Shown: one piece after another, positions 21,929-27,580 of the stretch
Position numbering within the stretch: position 1 is the first letter of the stretch
Layout of the letters: the number at the start of each line of letters is the position of its first letter
From: Eledone cirrhosa
Taxonomy: Eukaryota
DNA: 27,580 nt
Assembly (NCBI GenBank): GCA_964016885.1
Contig: CAXHJY010000677.1
Coordinates: 1 to 27,580 of the forward strand
Reading direction: 5' to 3'
Notes under the pieces: model-generated
Told to the model about the DNA's origin: nothing
Seen by the model: only the letters and a program-made list of their open reading frames with translations
Database searches by the model: none
Translations under genes and position numbers: made by a program

Positions 21929-22443
21929 AATGAATATATGATAGCGATAAACACTGATACAAGTATACATGTGTTCGCATTGCAAATCACCAAGTTAGCT
22001 AGATTGAAAAATACTAATTAAAATAATACGGTTTGCCTGTCTCGATTTAAAATAATAAATCAATAAAATCAAACCTATATTGATACCTGGACAAATTTAA
22101 AATTTAAAATTTTAAATTTGTTTCGCAACAGAAGAGCACAGGAATAGGAAATTTCACTTAATTGTTGAGAAACAAATTTAAAATTTAAAATTTGTCCAGG
22201 TATCACGGCTGTTGCCAATATAGGTTTGTTTTTATTGATTTATTATTTTAAATCGAGACAGGCAGACCGTATTATTTTAATTAGCATTTTTAAATCTAGC
22301 TAATTGGTCATTTGCAATACAAACACTTATATACTTATATTAGTGTTTATCCCTATCATATATTCATTTGTATTAGACGGCTCAGAAATATTCCTTTCTT
22401 TGAGCTATTTAATTGTAAAAGACTATTTGAGTTTATTACTCCA
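21925..22443. mobile_element. (TA)n-flanked fold-back element with about 205-bp arms, 32-bp spacer and 70-bp unpaired tail
   Basis: 21925-22130 pairs with 22163-22372. Each arm begins with a hammerhead 3' half (GAAA-caaatt..aatttg-TC, 22169-22196). Confidence 0.85.
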
Positions 22444-22449
22444 TATATA

Positions 22450-22526
<77 letters not shown>

Positions 22527-22610
22527 GAAAAATTGAACAGGGACAGAACAGAGAGGCAGTACGATAAATGTTTATTAAATTCACGCTCAGGAGAGTGGGG
22601 GGTAGGTGGG

Positions 22611-22646
22611 GGACGACGTTTCGGGCATAAGCCCTTCTTCAGGTGA
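22611..22646 (-). ncRNA. Minimal hammerhead core of the PLE 3' end
   Basis: Minus strand: CTGAAGA-a-gggc ttat gccc-GAAA-cg-TC(gtc). Local stem I is weak. Confidence 0.65.
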
Positions 22647-23475
22647 GAAGTCTGTGGGAACAGAGTTCAAAAGGTGTGTAGGGGAGTGGTGGAGAGACAT
22701 ATAGCGAAAGGAAACGGTGCGAATGAAAAATTAACAAATAAAGACAAAAATATAATAAATAATAAATAAAATTAAAGCATGATCAAAATACAAGGAATGA
22801 GAAAATTTAAAAATAAAGGCATGATCAAAATAAACTGAAATTAAAAGGGGGGTAAACAGGTGGTGGAAGGGTGTGGGGTGAGTAGGGGTGGTGGCGGGTG
22901 GAGTGGGGAGAGGGAGACGGGGTGTCCGAGCGGGGAGGGCTGAAGGTGGTGTGTGTGGTTAGGTGTGCGTGTGTGTGTGTGTGTATGTGAAAGTGAGGGT
23001 TGGGGGAAGAACGGGGTTGCATGTTCAGGAAGGTGTGTGTGTGTGGGGGGGGGGGTCGGAGGGTCTGTGCGTGTGTGGATAGGGGGGGGGAGAGGAATCA
23101 GGAGGCTGAGGGTGTAAATATGTGGTGGGAAGCACGTGTGTGTGGTTTAAGCGTGTTGTGGGTGTGGGTGGCGTGTGGATAAAAAAAATGTGTTGGGGTG
23201 TGTGTGTGGGTGAGTTATATAGGTGATGGTGTAAGAGGATGGTTGAAAAGTTGGTAAGTTACACCGATCTTTGGAGATTTTGGTTAGAAGTCAATATCGC
23301 GTGTGGGTAATCCAAGAAGCGGTGGTCGGAAGAGGAGAGATGTGGGGTGCGCGCGCAACAGGAAGTGGTCAGCAGTGGGAGTGCTGTGGTCAGTTGGTGC
23401 TGAGACAGTGGTCGGAAGGGCATAGCAGCATTCGGCGGAATGGTAGGATGGGGAGGTGTGAGAGTTGGAGTAAGG

Positions 23476-23512
<37 letters not shown>

Positions 23513-23998
23513 TAGTAGGGGTGTTAGTGGGATGAGTGAGTGTGGAGCGGGGAGAGAAGGGTGTGTGTGGTTCTATGGAGGGTGTGTGGTGTACTGGTGT
23601 GTGTGTAGTTTGGTGAAGAGGTGTTAGTGGGTGTTAGTATACGGGAGGTGGGGAGGGGTGGAATGCAGGTGTGAGTGGGGGTTAGTGGGGGTAGGGTGTG
23701 TAGAGTTGGTGGTGTACGAGGGTATGTGGGTACGTGTGCGTGGGGTTGGAGGGTGTTAGTGATGTTAGTTGCGTGTGGGGTGGGTGGTGTAAGTGGGTGC
23801 GTGTGTGCGTGTGATAAGGAGGGGGGAGGAGGAGAAGAGGGAGGGAAGGGATGTTAGTATGTTAGTTGGGGAAGGGTGGTCAGATGAGGGGTGGAGTGGA
23901 GGTGTAAGTATTGTTAGTGTGGGGTGGGCGGTGAAAAGGAGGGGTGTGTTAGTGGTGTTAGTGGGGGATAAGTGTGGGGGGAGGGGGGCGGTCGAACG

Positions 23999-26738
23999 CT
24001 AAAGGAATAAGGGTGGGGAGTTCAGGCCGGGGGGAGTGTGGGTCTGTAAGATGAAGATAGTGCGTTGTTCGACCGTAAGGCGATGGGTGGGTGTTCCGTG
24101 GCACTGGAGTAGGCCACAGACTGTGAGATGGCGTGCGGAGTGTCCAGGGCCACCAAAGTGGCGGGCGATGGGGGAACTGCCCCCGAGACGAATATCCCGG
24201 AGGTGCTCCGTAGACTAGGTTGGAGGAGGTGCAGCGGAAGGCATGCCGGACCGAGAGAGGGTGGCCGTTGGGACCCTGGAAGGTGGTGGTGTTGGTGATG
24301 TGGGGACAGGTGTTGCAGCGGGGCCTAGAACAGGGGAAGGAACCGGAGGGGGGGAAACGGAGAGTGGGTTGGGGGGTAGGGAGCTGTGGACGAGGAGGGT
24401 GCGGAGATTGCGTGCGCGTTTGAAGGAGGGGAGTGGTGGGGTTAGGAAGATGTGGGAGGTGGAGGGGTCGGACTGGAGGCGTCGGAAGAGGCGGCGGATG
24501 GTGCGGTGGAGGGGTAAGGTGGAGGGGTGGTAGGTGATGGGGAAGGGGAGACGGTGGGTGGGTGTGCGGTGGAGTGGGGTGAGGGTGGTGAAGCGGGGGA
24601 TAGCACGGGCGCGGGTGAGAGCGGTGTGGACGAGAGGGGGGTAACCTCTGCGGATGAAATGGCTGACTAGGGAAAGGGCCTGGGACTCGAAGTCAGCATC
24701 TCGGCTACAGAGGCGGCGGATCCTGAGAAGTTGGGAGTAGGGAATGGAGAGTTTAGTGTGGGTGGGGTGGGAAGAGGTGAAGTCGAGGTAAGAGTGGGAG
24801 TCGGTGGGTTTGAAGAAGGCGGAGGTGACGAGGGAGTGGTGGGAGGGGTCGAAGGCGACGGAGATGTCCAAGAAGTGGACGTGGGTGGTGGAGATAGAGG
24901 TGGTGAAGTGGAGGGAGGGGTGGAAGGAGCAGAAGAAGGAGAGAAAGGAGTCGAGCTGTACTCGGGTGAGGGTCGTGGCTCCGATACAGTCGTCAATGTA
25001 ACGACCGTACAGTTCGGGCGTGGGGCCGGTGTACTGGGCAAAGATTTGGGCCTCAACATGGCCAACAAAAAGGTTGGCATAGTTCGGGCCCATTCTTGTG
25101 CCCATGGCTAACCCCGTGACCTGTTGGTAAAACTCACCCGAGAAGGAGAAACAATTTAGGGTGAGGACCTGCTCGGCGAGGCGAAGGAGGGTGGGGTTGG
25201 AGGGAATGGGGGAGGGGCGAAGGTCGAGGTAGTGTTTGAGGGAGCGAAGGCCGTCGGCGTGGGGGATGACGGTATAGAGGGACTTGATGTCTAGGGTGAA
25301 GAGGAATGGCTGAGGGCCGGGTAGGTAGGTGAAGGAGTCGAAAAGACGCAGGGCGTGGTTGGTGTCGGAGATGTGGGAGGGGAGGGTGGTGACAAGGGGG
25401 GCGAGGAGGGAGTCGAGAAAGGCGGAGATGAGTTCGGTGGGGCAGTTGCAAGCGGAGACGATGGGGCGGCCGGGGTTGTCGGGTTTGTGGAGTTTGGGGA
25501 GGAAGTAGATGGTGGGGGTGCGGGGGGTGCGGACGATGAGGTGGGAAGCGGTGGGGGGAGGAGGGAGGAGGCGATAAGGTCTTTGATGGTGGAGGAGACT
25601 TGTTGTTGGTAGAGGGGGGTGGGATCGGAGGGTAGAGGGCGGTAAAAGAAGGGGTTACAGAGCTGCCTGAGGGCTTCGGCCGTGTAGAGGTCCGCGCGCC
25701 ATACCACCACGGCGCCTCCCTTGTCCGCCGGTTTGATGACGATGTCATCTCGGCTACGGAGGGAGCGGAGAGCGAGGAGTTCGCCCCGTGAGATGTTGTG
25801 CCGTTTGGAACGGTGGCGGAAGTCGAAACGATTTACTGCGCTACGGCTGGCATCGACGAAGGCGTCCAGGGTGCTAAATTGCCCTGGGGCCGGCGTCCAA
25901 GAAGATGGTCGTCGGCCCAGGGCGAGAAACGGGTCTGGGGCGTCCGGAGCCGGTGGTGTTAGGCTGAAATGTGCCTGTAGCTTAGTGCGTCGCACGAATC
26001 GCTCGACTTCCGTTCGGGTGCGGAACTCGTCGTTGAGCGGAGTGTGGGGTGTGAAGCGAAGGCCTCTACTAAGGAGTGAGCGCTCAGGTGCGGAGAGGGG
26101 GAGGTCAGGGGGTATGGTGACAACAAGGGGTGGGGTTTGGGTGTTTGGGGAGGGAAGGGAGGGTGTGGTGAGGGGTGAGGTGGAGGGTGGAGATTGGGTA
26201 GGGGTGTGGGTCGGGGGAGAGGTGGAGAGTGGTGGGCGTATTGGGATGGGCGGGCGGTGGTGGATGGGGGGGTTGGGAGGAGTGAGTGTAGCTTGCGGGC
26301 TTTGGTGGAGCTGAGGAACGAGAAGAGGTTGTGGTTGAGGTTGTAGATGAAGGAGAGGATGGCTTGGGCGAGGAGGGGGTGGCAGGTGGAGTAAAGGCGG
26401 AGGAGGGTGGGGGTCAGTTGGTGGTCAAGTAGGCGGAGGGTGGAACGGGAGGCGCGGATGGAGTTGCGCATCAGAAGGCGTGAGGATCGGGTGAGGATAC
26501 GTTGCGTGGAGGGGGAAGCAGCGGGGGAGGGGTGGAAGTGTAGACGGAAGCCGAGGGGGATAAGGTGGAGGCGGAGGCAGTGGCTGAGGAAATGGATGTG
26601 GCTGGAGTGCCGGGTTTTGGCGAAGAGAAGGTAGGAGAGTTGAAGGGCGGAGGGGAGATAGCAGGGTGGAAGGAGGGGGGTGAGGAAAAGTTTGAGGCGA
26701 TTGTGGAGTTGGTGGAGAAAGGATCTCAGGTTGGCCAT
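23999..26738 (-). pseudogene. PLE reverse transcriptase/GIY-YIG polyprotein with three frameshifts and an endonuclease deletion
   Basis: From ATG 26738: HFLSHCLRLHLIPLGF; LLSRGLRFTP; IKPADKGGAVVV; YFLPKLHKPDNPGRPIVS; LDIKSLYTVIP; GLAMGTRMGPNYANLF; RYIDD; FLD; KPTDSHSYLDFTSSHP; PCSRPRCNTC; C..SNLVY then EHLRDI..IARHF..PGLN; stop TAG at 24001-23999. Confidence 0.95.
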
Positions 26739-26906
26739 GATGGGCGTTTGGTGAAAGCAAGGGGAGGGATGAGAGGGCGGGAGTGTGAAGCGGGGTGGAG
26801 TGAACGAAGGGGTGAGTGCGAAGGATAGGCAGAGACGGGGAAGGGAAAAAGAAACAGAAAAACGTAGGGAGGGGGGGAGTAAACACCGGAAAATTAAAGA
26901 CAAAAA

Positions 26907-26962
<56 letters not shown>

Positions 26963-27009
26963 CATATATATATATATATATATGATTTATATGTACGTAT
27001 ATATATATA

Positions 27010-27152
27010 GGAAAAGATATCTAGCTGTCGAAACGGCCGGAGCTCAGCCGTCGGGTCCTGACTCTTTTCCTATTACCCACTCTACTACACTAAGTATCGA
27101 GTACTCTGGTGCGTTAAGATCCACCTGGTTTCTTACCACACCTTCTTTGCTA
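27010..27152 (+). mobile_element. Family C 3'-end copy (diverged subfamily)
   Basis: gtcGAAAcggc cggagctca gccgTCggg...ttcctattacccactctactacactaagtat. Confidence 0.8.
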
Positions 27153-27167
27153 ATATATATATATATA

Positions 27168-27345
27168 CCATGATATTAAATAAATGTAAACTATTTATAA
27201 AACCATATTTATTTTATTATATATATTTCAAGGGCAACCAAGCAAACCTTGGTGCGCTTTCATCAGATAAAATACAAAGTTTGTTTTATAAATAAAACGT
27301 ACCCATGAAAATCATACCTTATCGGTCGGAAATTCACTGGATAGT
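27168..27345 (-). mobile_element. Second copy of the 1564-1955 mini-element family
   Basis: Reverse complement of about 1700-1856. Confidence 0.85.
27210..27274 (-). ncRNA. Type I hammerhead ribozyme
   Basis: Minus strand: tattttat-CTGATGA-aagcgcaccaag..cttggttgccctt-GAAA-tatata-TA-ataaaata; perfect 8-bp stem I. Confidence 0.85.
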
Positions 27346-27482
27346 GTATATATATATATATGTGTGTGTGTCTGTGTATGTGTTTATATATTTATATATA
27401 CATATATTATATATATATATTTACGATTATGTTTGTGTTCATCTATATACCTATAACTATCTATATGTGTATATAAATATAC

Positions 27483-27529
<47 letters not shown>

Positions 27530-27580
27530 ATATTGGCGTTCGTCAGAATTTGGTTTAGCAAGGTTTCTTTATCTGAAATT

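Larger units (their letters stand above)
22524..26909 (-). mobile_element. Near full-length PLE (Neptune-like), C-rich sense strand, inserted in (TA)n
   Basis: (TA)n on both sides; about 170-nt 5' UTR, ORF, 1.5-kb 3' UTR with hammerhead core and AATAAA near the 3' end. Confidence 0.95.

Noticed and set aside
23000-26985. Many + strand G/V/R-rich ORFs
   Set aside because: Antisense shadows of the C-rich PLE.
27535-27580. Minus-strand CTGACGA next to (TA)n
   Set aside because: The rest of the motif is absent and the island is cut by the window edge.

Overview
AT-rich, microsatellite-dense eukaryotic (animal) DNA. The SINE types and repeat landscape suggest a cephalopod such as Octopus (inference). 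Most of the ORF track is translated microsatellite. The real content is a dense cluster of Penelope-like retroelements (PLEs), nearly all sitting in (TA)n tracts: an open RT-thumb/GIY-YIG ORF cut by the window edge (3-1004), a 5'-truncated element with Hydra-clade-like motifs (4494-6577), a decayed relative (about 7380-8705), and a near full-length C-rich element (22524-26909) whose endonuclease core is deleted. About 12 type I hammerhead ribozyme motifs plus several half-motifs can be folded by eye. Many lie in short (150-500 bp) non-coding, (TA)n-flanked, asymmetric inverted-repeat mini-elements from several unrelated families, and in two cases the inversion junction falls at the predicted self-cleavage site. 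Also present: tRNA-derived SINEs, an RTE-type LINE 3' end, a probable non-autonomous Helitron, a piggyBac-type MITE whose right end is amplified into a 13 x 71-bp array, a fold-back (GGT)n/(ACC)n block, and a tentative chain of five small host-gene exons on the + strand.
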